From an uncultured Actinomycetota bacterium (lineage in GTDB: Bacteria; Actinomycetota; Actinomycetes; Propionibacteriales; Nocardioidaceae), in contig CAWJLT010000012.1 in assembly GCA_963843775.1 (NCBI GenBank), positions 954,223 through 1,018,222 of the forward strand: a stretch of DNA of 64,000 nucleotides. The letters are read 5' to 3'. How positions within the stretch are numbered: the stretch's first letter is position 1; each line of letters begins with the position of its first letter. The notes under the pieces are model-generated. The model saw only the letters and a program-made list of their open reading frames with translations. It was not told the DNA's origin and did no database searches. This document shows, piece after piece, positions 24,336-32,119 of the stretch. The translations under genes and the position numbers were made by a program.

Positions 24336-25803
24336 GGTAGTTCAGGGCGATCATCATCCCGGCTTCGCCGTGGTAGACGTTGTGGCAGTGCGTCATCCAG
24401 GACCCAGGGTTGTCGGCCTGCAGGTCGACCGACAGCGATGACATCGGCTTGACGAGCACAGTGTCCTTCCGCAGGCCGTTGGGCAGGGCGAAGGTGTGAC
24501 CGTGAACGTGCATGGGGTGGGTCATCTGCGTCATGTTCATCAGCTGCAGACGGACCCGGTCACCCTCGTCGATCATGATCGGGTCGTTCTTCCCGTAGCG
24601 ATCCCCGTTGATGGCCCAGCGGTAGGGCGTCATCTGTCCGCTCAGGTGCACCATCTCGACAGCATCGGGATCCCGGGAGGGCAGCCGGGAGGCCTCGGCC
24701 GGCTCGAGGTCCGCGACCTCGAGGATCGCGCCGTCGAGCTCCGCCGGGTGGACGGCCGGGCCCGGTGCGCTGCCGGCGCCGGTGCGGATGAGGGCCATCG
24801 CCTGACCCTGTTTCCCGTAGGGCCTGGCGACGAGGGGGAACACGCCGTCCTCGAGGGTCACGATGGCGTCATAGCGTTCGCCCATGCCGATGTAGAAGGC
24901 GTCGGTCTCACGAGGCTGGACGGCGAAGCCGTCGGTGTGGGTGATGGTGAGCCGGTGTCCCCCGAGGGCGACGGTGAAGAGGGTGTCGGAGCCGGCGTTG
25001 ATGAGGCGTAGCCGGACGCGCTGGCCGGGCTTGCCGCGGAAGACGTCAGGAGCAGTCGGCGACGCGACCGTTGAGCAGGTAGTGGGGGTAGACGACGTCG
25101 CCCGCGTCCCCGAACGGTGATGTGCCGCCGCCCATGCCCATGTCCATGCCGCCGTCCATACCCGTCGCATGCCGCCTGAGCCCGTGCCCTGGGCGGCGGT
25201 GAGGTCGGCCAGCACGTCGTCGGGGGTGCGTCCGGTGCCGTCGACCCAGTCGTCGAGAACCACGACCCACTCCAGGTCGTAGTCGCCGGGCTCGTGTGGG
25301 TCGTCGATGATCAGTGGGGCGTAGAGGCCTCGGTCGAGCTGTAGACCGACGTGCGGGTGGTAGAAGTACGTGCCCGGTTCGGAGGCGGTGAACTCGTAGC
25401 GGAACGAGTCGCCGCTCCCGATCGGGTTCTGGGTCAGGCCGGGGACGCCGTCAGCCTCGTTGCGCAGCGCGATGCCGTGCCAGTGCACGGTGGTGTCCGC
25501 AGGAAGCTGGTTGTCCACCCGGATGCTGAGCATGTCGCCGGCGGTGGCGCGGATCAGCGGCCCAGGTGCACGGTCGCCGAAGGCCCAGGTGTCGACCCTG
25601 GTGCCACCCAGGTCCAGGGTCGTTGGCTTGGCGGTCAGGGTGTGCTCGACCACCCGCTGCCCCGCAGTCGGGGACAGTCGGGTGGGGGACCCGAAGGCCG
25701 GTGCTGCCCGGGTGCCGGAAGGCGTCGAGCAGGCCCCCAGCGCGCCGGCGGCCGTGACGGCCAGTCCGCCGAGCAGCAGGCTGCGGCGCGAGAAGTCAGG
25801 CAT
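24328..25803 (-). CDS. Tat-exported multicopper oxidase (CopA/CueO-like) with an internal segment apparently out of frame
   Basis: It has a twin-arginine lipoprotein-like signal (MPDFSRRSLLLGGLAVTAAGALGACS) and copper-site motifs (HWHG, HPHV, HPMHVHGH, HCHNVYHGEAGMM). Bases ~25049-25165 read WTAAWTWAWAAAHHRSGTRATSS in the gene frame. An alternate frame there encodes MDGGMDMGMGGGTSPFGDAGDVVYPHYLLNGRVA. Confidence 0.8.
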   Translation of the reverse strand: MPDFSRRSLLLGGLAVTAAGALGACSTPSGTRAAPAFGSPTRLSPTAGQRVVEHTLTAKPTTLDLGGTRVDTWAFGDRAPGPLIRATAGDMLSIRVDNQLPADTTVHWHGIALRNEADGVPGLTQNPIGSGDSFRYEFTASEPGTYFYHPHVGLQLDRGLYAPLIIDDPHEPGDYDLEWVVVLDDWVDGTGRTPDDVLADLTAAQGTGSGGMRRVWTAAWTWAWAAAHHRSGTRATSSTPTTCSTVASPTAPDVFRGKPGQRVRLRLINAGSDTLFTVALGGHRLTITHTDGFAVQPRETDAFYIGMGERYDAIVTLEDGVFPLVARPYGKQGQAMALIRTGAGSAPGPAVHPAELDGAILEVADLEPAEASRLPSRDPDAVEMVHLSGQMTPYRWAINGDRYGKNDPIMIDEGDRVRLQLMNMTQMTHPMHVHGHTFALPNGLRKDTVLVKPMSSLSVDLQADNPGSWMTHCHNVYHGEAGMMIALNYRP

Positions 25804-25939
25804 GGTTCCTCATTCAGGTCGAGTGTCGAGACAGAGGGCTGCTGTGTGCGGCTGTCATGAGCCTGCCGGGCCCGTGGAGAGATCTGGCGTGGGTTCGATG
25901 AAGGTTTGACGAAGATGGTCAGTCGCCGCTGGTGTGGAC

Positions 25940-27049
25940 TCAGGCCGCACGCAGCCGGACGGTGAGCTCAGCACCGAGGCCAGGCCCGCCGCTGGAGGCG
26001 GTGATCTCTCCGCCGTGGGCCCTGACGAGTGCCTTGGCGATGCTGAGCCCGATCCCGGAGCCGCCGTGCGCGTGAGTACGTGCGGCGTCGGCGCGATAGA
26101 AGCGGTCGAAGACATGGTCCACGTGCTCGGGTGCGATGCCGTCGCCGGTGTCAGTCACGGCGTACTCGACCCAAGGCCCGCGAAGTGAGCAGGCGATCCG
26201 GACGGTGCCGCCCGCCGGCGTATGACGAAGGGCGTTGTCGAGCAGATTGGTGAGTACCTGGCCGATGCGGTCGGCGTCGACCACTATCCGGGCGTCGGTC
26301 TGCAGCATCAGTCTCGAAGGTGATGCCCGCAGCGGCGAAGCGGCCATCCGCCGCGCGGGCGGCGGCGCTCACGAGGTCTGATCGCAGCTGATCGTTCTCT
26401 CGTTCGATCTCCAAGGTGCCCTCCTCCGCACGGGAGACCGCGGAGATGTCCTCGGCGAGCCGCCTCAGCCGCTGCGTGCTCAACCGGATCACGCCCAGAG
26501 TGTCGTCGTCGAGAGTGCGTACACCATCCTCGATCGCCTCGAGGTGCGCGTCGACAGTGGCCAGCGGGGTCCGCATCTCGTGGGCCAGGTCGGCCAACAT
26601 CCGACGCCGGGTGGACTCGGTGGCCTCCAGACGCTCCGCAAGGGTGTTGCTCGTCGCAGCCAGGACCGCGAACTCCCGGCCGAGTCCAGGGTCGTTGACG
26701 TGGGCGTCGTACTGTCCCGCGGCCACGTGCTCGGCCGCCGTGGCCACCTGCGCGACGGAACGCTGCACCCGGCGCGAGAAGTACCACGTCACGACCAGAG
26801 CGGTGATGGTCGCAGCGAGCAGGGCGATCGAGATCGAGATGGCGAGCGAGGAGTTGAAGGCCCGCTCGACGTGACCTGCCTCGGTGGAGGTGTGCGAGAC
26901 ACCCGCGCGCTGGAGGTGGTCACGGAAGATCGCGGGGCCGACGATCGCGGCCACGACCCAGGTCGTCGCGGCCCGGCGAGCAGGACCAAGGCCTGGGCGC
27001 CGAGGAGCCGCGCCCCGAAACCGGCCCGACCGCGTTCGTGACCGTTCAT
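25940..27049 (-). pseudogene. Sensor histidine kinase (CopS/CusS-like) split over three reading frames
   Basis: - Frame 1 starts at the 27049 ATG, with an ATGA overlap on the regulator stop (MNGHERGRAGFGARLLGAQALVLLAG).
- Frame 2 is track ORF 26151..27059, with HAMP and the H-box LADLAHEMRTPLA.
- Frame 3 is track ORF 25940..26347, with the N, G1 and G2 boxes (LLDNALRHTP, DTGDGI, GGSGIGLSIA).
- The shifts lie near 26968-26980 and 26305-26325. Confidence 0.75.
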
Positions 27050-27738
27050 TCGCCCGCACCCATCCGGTAGCCGACCCCGCGGACGGTGCGCACGTAGCGG
27101 CTGTCGGCGGCGTCGTCGTGCAGCTTGCGACGTAGATGCCCGATGTGGACGTCGACGAGGTGCTCGTCGCCCACCCAGGCTGGTCCCCACACCTGGTCGA
27201 TGAGCTGACGTCGGGTGAAGACGATCTTCGGGCGCTCCGACAGTGCGGCCAACAGGTCGAACTCGGTACGGGTCAGCGCCACCGGCTCGTCATCGAGCCA
27301 GACGTCATGACCGGCACGGTCGATGCTGAGCGCGCCGAAGGAGTCAGGCCGCGCACTCGCGGCCCCCTCCTGGGCGAGCGGGCGTGGACGGCGCAACATC
27401 GCCTGCACGCGGGCCATCAGCTCGCGGGGGCTGAACGGCTTGGTGAGGTAGTCGTCGGCGCCCACGGAGAGGCCGATGAGGGTGTCCACCTCAACGCTAC
27501 GGGCGGTCAGCATGACCAGGTAGGCATCGGAGAAGGTGCGCAGCTGCCGGCACACCTCGATGCCATCCAGACCAGGTAGACCGAGGTCCAGGACGACGAC
27601 ATCAGGATCGACTTCCCGCGCGAGATCAACCGCCCGCAGCCCGTCACCCGTCGAGGACGCGTCGAACCCGTCGCGTTCGAAGTAGCTGACGAGCAACCCG
27701 GCCAACGCGGTCTCGTCCTCCACGATCAGGGCGCGCAT
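27046..27738 (-). CDS. OmpR/PhoB-family response regulator (CopR/CusR-like)
   Basis: MRALIVEDETALAGLL...VVLDLGLPGLDG is the receiver domain. The C-terminal winged helix reads LTRTEFDLLAAL...VRGVGYRM. The start is at the internal Met (27738) of the track ORF. Confidence 0.9.
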   Translation of the reverse strand: MRALIVEDETALAGLLVSYFERDGFDASSTGDGLRAVDLAREVDPDVVVLDLGLPGLDGIEVCRQLRTFSDAYLVMLTARSVEVDTLIGLSVGADDYLTKPFSPRELMARVQAMLRRPRPLAQEGAASARPDSFGALSIDRAGHDVWLDDEPVALTRTEFDLLAALSERPKIVFTRRQLIDQVWGPAWVGDEHLVDVHIGHLRRKLHDDAADSRYVRTVRGVGYRMGAGE

Positions 27739-27969
27739 TCCCGACCGTGGTCTCTCAGGAGCGGCCGCCGCTCCGGCAGCTCCGAGCCCGGGCGGGGAAC
27801 CGGAGCGCGCAGAAGACATGGCCTTCATGGTGCCAGCCCGGACCGGTGAGAAGACGCAGACGGTGAATCGGTGAGGACTTCTTCAACGAACCTTCACACA
27901 ACCACGACCAGACGTGCGGGGTGCTCGCGTCATGGTGGAGGGACAAGCCGAGTTGAGGAGTTGTTCACG

Positions 27970-28251
27970 ATGATGGACTGGTATGGGAACGGCATGGGCA
28001 CCGGAGGTTGGGTCGCGATGATCGCGATGATGATGATCTTCTGGGGGCTGGTCATCCTCGCGGGTGTGTTGATCTTCCGCGGCAGCAGCCATCGTCGCAA
28101 TGACGCCGGCACGCAACACGCGAGCGCGCTGGAGATCCTTGATGACCGCTTCGCGCGGGGCGAGGTCGACCCCGAGGAGTACGAGGCGCGCAAGGTCCGC
28201 TCTGCGGGGAAGCGCACGCTGACCCGTGACCCCTCGACCCGATGGCCGTGA
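27970..28251 (+). CDS. SHOCT-domain small membrane protein
   Basis: MMDWYGNGMGTGGWVAMIAMMMIFWGLVILAGVLIF is followed by LEILDDRFARGEVDPEEYEARK, the SHOCT signature. Confidence 0.75.
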   Translation: MMDWYGNGMGTGGWVAMIAMMMIFWGLVILAGVLIFRGSSHRRNDAGTQHASALEILDDRFARGEVDPEEYEARKVRSAGKRTLTRDPSTRWP

Positions 28252-28308
28252 CCTGCATCGCGAGAGCATCGGGTTCCACCACGACTGCCAGAGGAGTACA
28301 GACTCGAC

Positions 28309-28584
28309 ATGCTCGAACAGAACAGTCAACTGCATCCGACTGGGCGTCGGAGGACTTGGTGCGGCGGTGTCGGGATCGCCGGCTACAAGTCCTGGATCAT
28401 CGCGTTGGTGATCCTGTTGGTGCTGGCTTGGCTGGCCTGGTGGACGATGCGCCCGACACGACGAGCGAGGCGAGCCCAGGACATCGTCGGTGCCTGCGGG
28501 ACGATCCCGCACCACCAGCGGTGGTGCCGATGCTGCGTCACGGGAGCAGCGAACCCCGTCAGGTCAAGCTACGGCCCTCGGTGA
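28309..28584 (+). CDS. Possible small membrane protein (very uncertain)
   Basis: 91-aa ORF with one hydrophobic helix (WIIALVILLVLAWLAWW). I recognise no family, and it may be non-coding. Confidence 0.2.
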   Translation: MLEQNSQLHPTGRRRTWCGGVGIAGYKSWIIALVILLVLAWLAWWTMRPTRRARRAQDIVGACGTIPHHQRWCRCCVTGAANPVRSSYGPR

Positions 28585-28596
28585 CGGGTGGTGGTC

Positions 28597-30021
28597 CTAC
28601 TTCCCCTTGCTGCCGTGACGGCCCTTGCCGGGTTTCTTGGTCTTCTTGACCGGCGTGGTCTTCTTGACCGGCTTGGCCTTCTTGACAGGTGCGGCCTTCT
28701 TCGCTTTGCCCGGAGCTGTCGTGGAGGGGGCGCTGACCTTCGTCTGCCGGCCGGCGCTGCTCCGCGCCGATGAGCGAGGCTTCGAGGCGACGGTCGCCGG
28801 GCGCGTCGTTGGTGCTGGGGGTGAGATGTCTGCGGCGGGGCTTGCATCGACCGACGGGGTCCGGCTGGGCGAGGCAGGTTTCTCGGGCTGTGACGTCGAA
28901 CCGGTCGCAGGAGTGGGTGACGCCCCGTGCAGGGTGAGGATCAGAGCGATCGCGGCGGCAGCGGCAGCCACCCAGCCGGCGATCGCGAGGACCGGCGTCC
29001 GCCGTCGTCGATCTTCGGCGGCGGCGTGGGGGAGCGCCTCGGACCGTCGCTCCACTGGGTACGCGACGGCTGCCGCCTCGGCGAACCCAGCCGATCCATG
29101 CGGAGCCGTCGCGACGCCGAGCGAACCGATCGGCGTGTCCCCGAGCGATGCCCCGTCGCCGAGTGCCTGCGCAGTCTCGACCGCGCCCGGACGCAGTGCG
29201 GGGTCGGTCTGGGTGAGTGCCGTGACCGTTCGCGCAAGACCCGACGGGAGGTCCACGGGAAGTCGCGGACTTCGATGGAGGCGCGCGACAGCGGCCTCCA
29301 CGGGGGTGCCGGCGTACTCGCGGTGGCCCGTGCACGCCTCGAGGAGGACCAGGCCCAGGGCGTAGAGGTCCACCGCCGGAGTGATCTCTGCGCCGTGCAC
29401 CTGCTCCGGTGCCAGGTAGCTGGCGGTGCCGATGGTGAAACCGGTCTGGGTGTGGTGGGTGGTGCCGTCGAGGAGACGGGAGATGCCGAAGTCGGTCAGC
29501 AGCGCCCGGTCACCGGCACCGAGGAGGACGTTGCCGGGCTTGACGTCACGATGGACGACCCCGGCCGCGTGGCAGTGCGCCAGGGCGGCGGCGATCTGGC
29601 CCCCGATGTGCGCGACGCGCCGCGGCGAAAGGCCCGCACCGGTGTGGGTGAGCGCGACCGAGAGGCTGGTGCCGACCACGAGCTCCAGGACCAGGAACGG
29701 GTGCTCGTCGCTGATGCCGGCATCGAGGATCGTGACCAGGTTCGGGTGATTCAGGCGCGCCAGCGTCTGTGCCTCAGCGACGAAGCGCGCACGGTCCGAG
29801 GGGTCCGGGGTCCGGTCGCGCAACAGCTTCACGGCGACGTCGCGACCCAGGGTCTCGTCGCGGGCCTGGTAGACGTCCGCCATGCCACCGCGTCCCAGCA
29901 GTGCGCCCAGCACGTACCGGCCCCCAGGCCCGACGGCATGTGGGCCTGTGGTCCCCGCGCCGCCCTCGTCGCCGCCTGGGCCTGTTCGCTCGTCGGGTGT
30001 GGGCGTCACGTTCTCACTCAT
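28597..30021 (-). CDS. Transmembrane Ser/Thr protein kinase (Hanks-type) with Pro/Ser/Thr-rich and Lys-rich C-terminal tail
   Basis: Kinase motifs are GRGGMADVY, VAVK, HRDVKPGNVLL, DFGISR and APE. A single TM (VLAIAGWVAAAAAAIALILTL) follows, and the tail ends GKAKKAAPVKKAKPVKKTTPVKKTKKPGKGRHGSKGK. The likely start is MSENV at 30021. Confidence 0.9.
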   Translation of the reverse strand: MSENVTPTPDERTGPGGDEGGAGTTGPHAVGPGGRYVLGALLGRGGMADVYQARDETLGRDVAVKLLRDRTPDPSDRARFVAEAQTLARLNHPNLVTILDAGISDEHPFLVLELVVGTSLSVALTHTGAGLSPRRVAHIGGQIAAALAHCHAAGVVHRDVKPGNVLLGAGDRALLTDFGISRLLDGTTHHTQTGFTIGTASYLAPEQVHGAEITPAVDLYALGLVLLEACTGHREYAGTPVEAAVARLHRSPRLPVDLPSGLARTVTALTQTDPALRPGAVETAQALGDGASLGDTPIGSLGVATAPHGSAGFAEAAAVAYPVERRSEALPHAAAEDRRRRTPVLAIAGWVAAAAAAIALILTLHGASPTPATGSTSQPEKPASPSRTPSVDASPAADISPPAPTTRPATVASKPRSSARSSAGRQTKVSAPSTTAPGKAKKAAPVKKAKPVKKTTPVKKTKKPGKGRHGSKGK

Positions 30022-30209
30022 CGTCCTCGTGCGGGTCCTGACCAGACTCGTGCCGTCGGTCCAGGAATCTTCCGCTGGAGCCTGTACCCCCTTCTGCAGC
30101 AGTCGACTCCTGGGAGTGTCATCGGGGACGCTCTCCTCGCTGACCCCCCGGCGTGGTCCGTCGGGCTGATGCTCGAGCCGGGCAACCACGGTGGGGACAG
30201 GATGAAGTC

Positions 30210-31295
30210 ATGAGAGCACTCACGGTCGTCCCTGGTCGCAAGGACTCACTCTCCCTCGACGAGGTGGATCAGCCGGCTTCTCGTCAAGGAGCGATCCTCG
30301 TCGACGGATTGGCGGTCGGCGTGTGCGGCACCGACCGGGAGATCGTTGCGGGTGACTACGGCTGGGCTCCTGAGGGCGAGGAGCGCCTGGTCATCGGGCA
30401 CGAGTCGCTCGGGAGAGTGCGCGAGGCGCCGGCGTCGTCCGGCTTCGCCGTGGGCGACCTGATCGTCGGGGTGGTCCGTCGTCCTGACCCGGTGCCGTGC
30501 GGGGCCTGCGCCCGAGGGCTGTTCGACATGTGTCGCAATGGCCGCTACACCGAGCGGGGGATCAAGGAGATCCACGGGTACGCGAGTGAGGCGTGGCGGG
30601 TCGAGGCCGAGTACGCCGTGAAGCTCGACCCTGCCCTCGACCGGGTCGGGGTCCTGATGGAGCCCACCACGGTGGTCACCAAGGCCTGGGAGCAGGTGGA
30701 GAAGGTCGGAGCACGGTCCTGGTTCGAGCCCAAGACCGTGCTGGTCACGGGTGCTGGTCCCATCGGTCTGCTGGCCGCGATGCTCGGGGTCCAGCGCGGC
30801 CTCGACGTACATGTGCTCGACCAGGTCACCACCGGGCCCAAGCCCGACCTGGTCGCCGATCTCGGCGCGACCTACCACCACGGCGGGATCGAAGACACCG
30901 CATCAGCGGTCGACCCGGACATCCTCATCGAGGCGACGGGGGTGGGTGGGCTGGTGTTCGGTGCCATGCGGGCCACCACGTCCTACGGCGTCGTGTGCCT
31001 GACCGGGGTCTCGCCCAAGGGACGAAGCCTGAGCGTCGAGGCCGGGAGCATCAACAGGGAGATCGTTCTCGAGAACGACGCGGTCATCGGATCGGTCAAT
31101 GCCAACCTGGGCCACTACCGCGACGCCGCAGCCTCCCTTGCCCGGGCCGACCTGCCGTGGTTGGAGCGACTCGTGTCGCGCCGCGTCCCGTTGACGCGGT
31201 TCGCGGACGCCTTCACCGCGCAGGAGGACGACGTGAAGGTCGTCATCGCGCTCGGTGACCCGGAGGTGTCCGCGGCTGATCGTGGACGGGCCTGA
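30210..31295 (+). CDS. Zinc-dependent medium-chain dehydrogenase, glucose 1-dehydrogenase-like
   Basis: MRALTVVPGRKDSLSLDEV...GVCGTDREIVAGDYG...GHESLGRV is the MDR catalytic-zinc motif layout typical of glucose dehydrogenases. Confidence 0.75.
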   Translation: MRALTVVPGRKDSLSLDEVDQPASRQGAILVDGLAVGVCGTDREIVAGDYGWAPEGEERLVIGHESLGRVREAPASSGFAVGDLIVGVVRRPDPVPCGACARGLFDMCRNGRYTERGIKEIHGYASEAWRVEAEYAVKLDPALDRVGVLMEPTTVVTKAWEQVEKVGARSWFEPKTVLVTGAGPIGLLAAMLGVQRGLDVHVLDQVTTGPKPDLVADLGATYHHGGIEDTASAVDPDILIEATGVGGLVFGAMRATTSYGVVCLTGVSPKGRSLSVEAGSINREIVLENDAVIGSVNANLGHYRDAAASLARADLPWLERLVSRRVPLTRFADAFTAQEDDVKVVIALGDPEVSAADRGRA

Positions 31296-31314
31296 CCCGT
31301 CGTGGCACGCAGGA

Positions 31315-32010
31315 TCAGCCCAGCTGGTCGAGGCAGATGGCCAGGACGAGTCCGAGCGCGGTGGCGATCCCGGTGACGTAGCTGTCCTCCTTGAAGGCTT
31401 TGGGGAACACTTCGGTGGCAAGGGACGCCGCGACGGCGCCACCCGCGACGCACCTGATCAGTCCGAGCGCTGCCTCGGGTACGCCGGCGAACAGCAGGTT
31501 GCCGGCCAGCGCCGCGGCCGAGAGCAGACCTGCCGTTGCGGTCCACAGCCCCAGGACCTTGAGCTTGGAGCGCCCCTCGGCCATCTGCTGGGCACCCCCG
31601 GCGGCCTCGGGGAGGTTGGAGAGGAAGATCGAACCGGACAGCGAGGCCACCTGGAGTGGTCCGGCGCCGATCAACGCGACCCCGAGGGCCAGATTCTCCG
31701 GGATGCCGTCCAAGGTGATGGCGGCGAGGAGCCCTCCGCCGCTGTCCGATCCGAATCGCTGCTTCACGAATCGGTCGAGCCCCGAGAAGGCTCCGGCGCC
31801 GGCCAGGACGCAGGCACCCACCGCCCACAGGGGTGCGACCTCGGTAGCAGGATCGATGAGCTCGAGGACGGCTGACACCATCAGGGCCCCGCCTGCGAGG
31901 GCAACGATGAAACCCTCGAGTCCGGCAGGCAGCCTGCCGTAGATGCCCCAGGCGGCACCGGCGACGAGCGCGGCGGAGACCACCACGACCACCACGATGG
32001 TCAGCAGCAC
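31315..32010 (-). CDS. ZIP-family metal (Zn/Fe) transporter
   Basis: 231 aa and polytopic, with LDGIPENLALG and SNLPEA motifs characteristic of ZupT-like ZIP proteins. Confidence 0.8.
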   Translation of the reverse strand: MLLTIVVVVVVSAALVAGAAWGIYGRLPAGLEGFIVALAGGALMVSAVLELIDPATEVAPLWAVGACVLAGAGAFSGLDRFVKQRFGSDSGGGLLAAITLDGIPENLALGVALIGAGPLQVASLSGSIFLSNLPEAAGGAQQMAEGRSKLKVLGLWTATAGLLSAAALAGNLLFAGVPEAALGLIRCVAGGAVAASLATEVFPKAFKEDSYVTGIATALGLVLAICLDQLG

Positions 32011-32119
32011 GACGCTCCTACTTCCGAACGGCCGGACTCACGGTCAGCGGCCACCACGACCATCGGGCCCCACCGTCACGAGTCGGAGCGCGACCGGGCC
32101 GACGAGCCCGGACGAGCCG

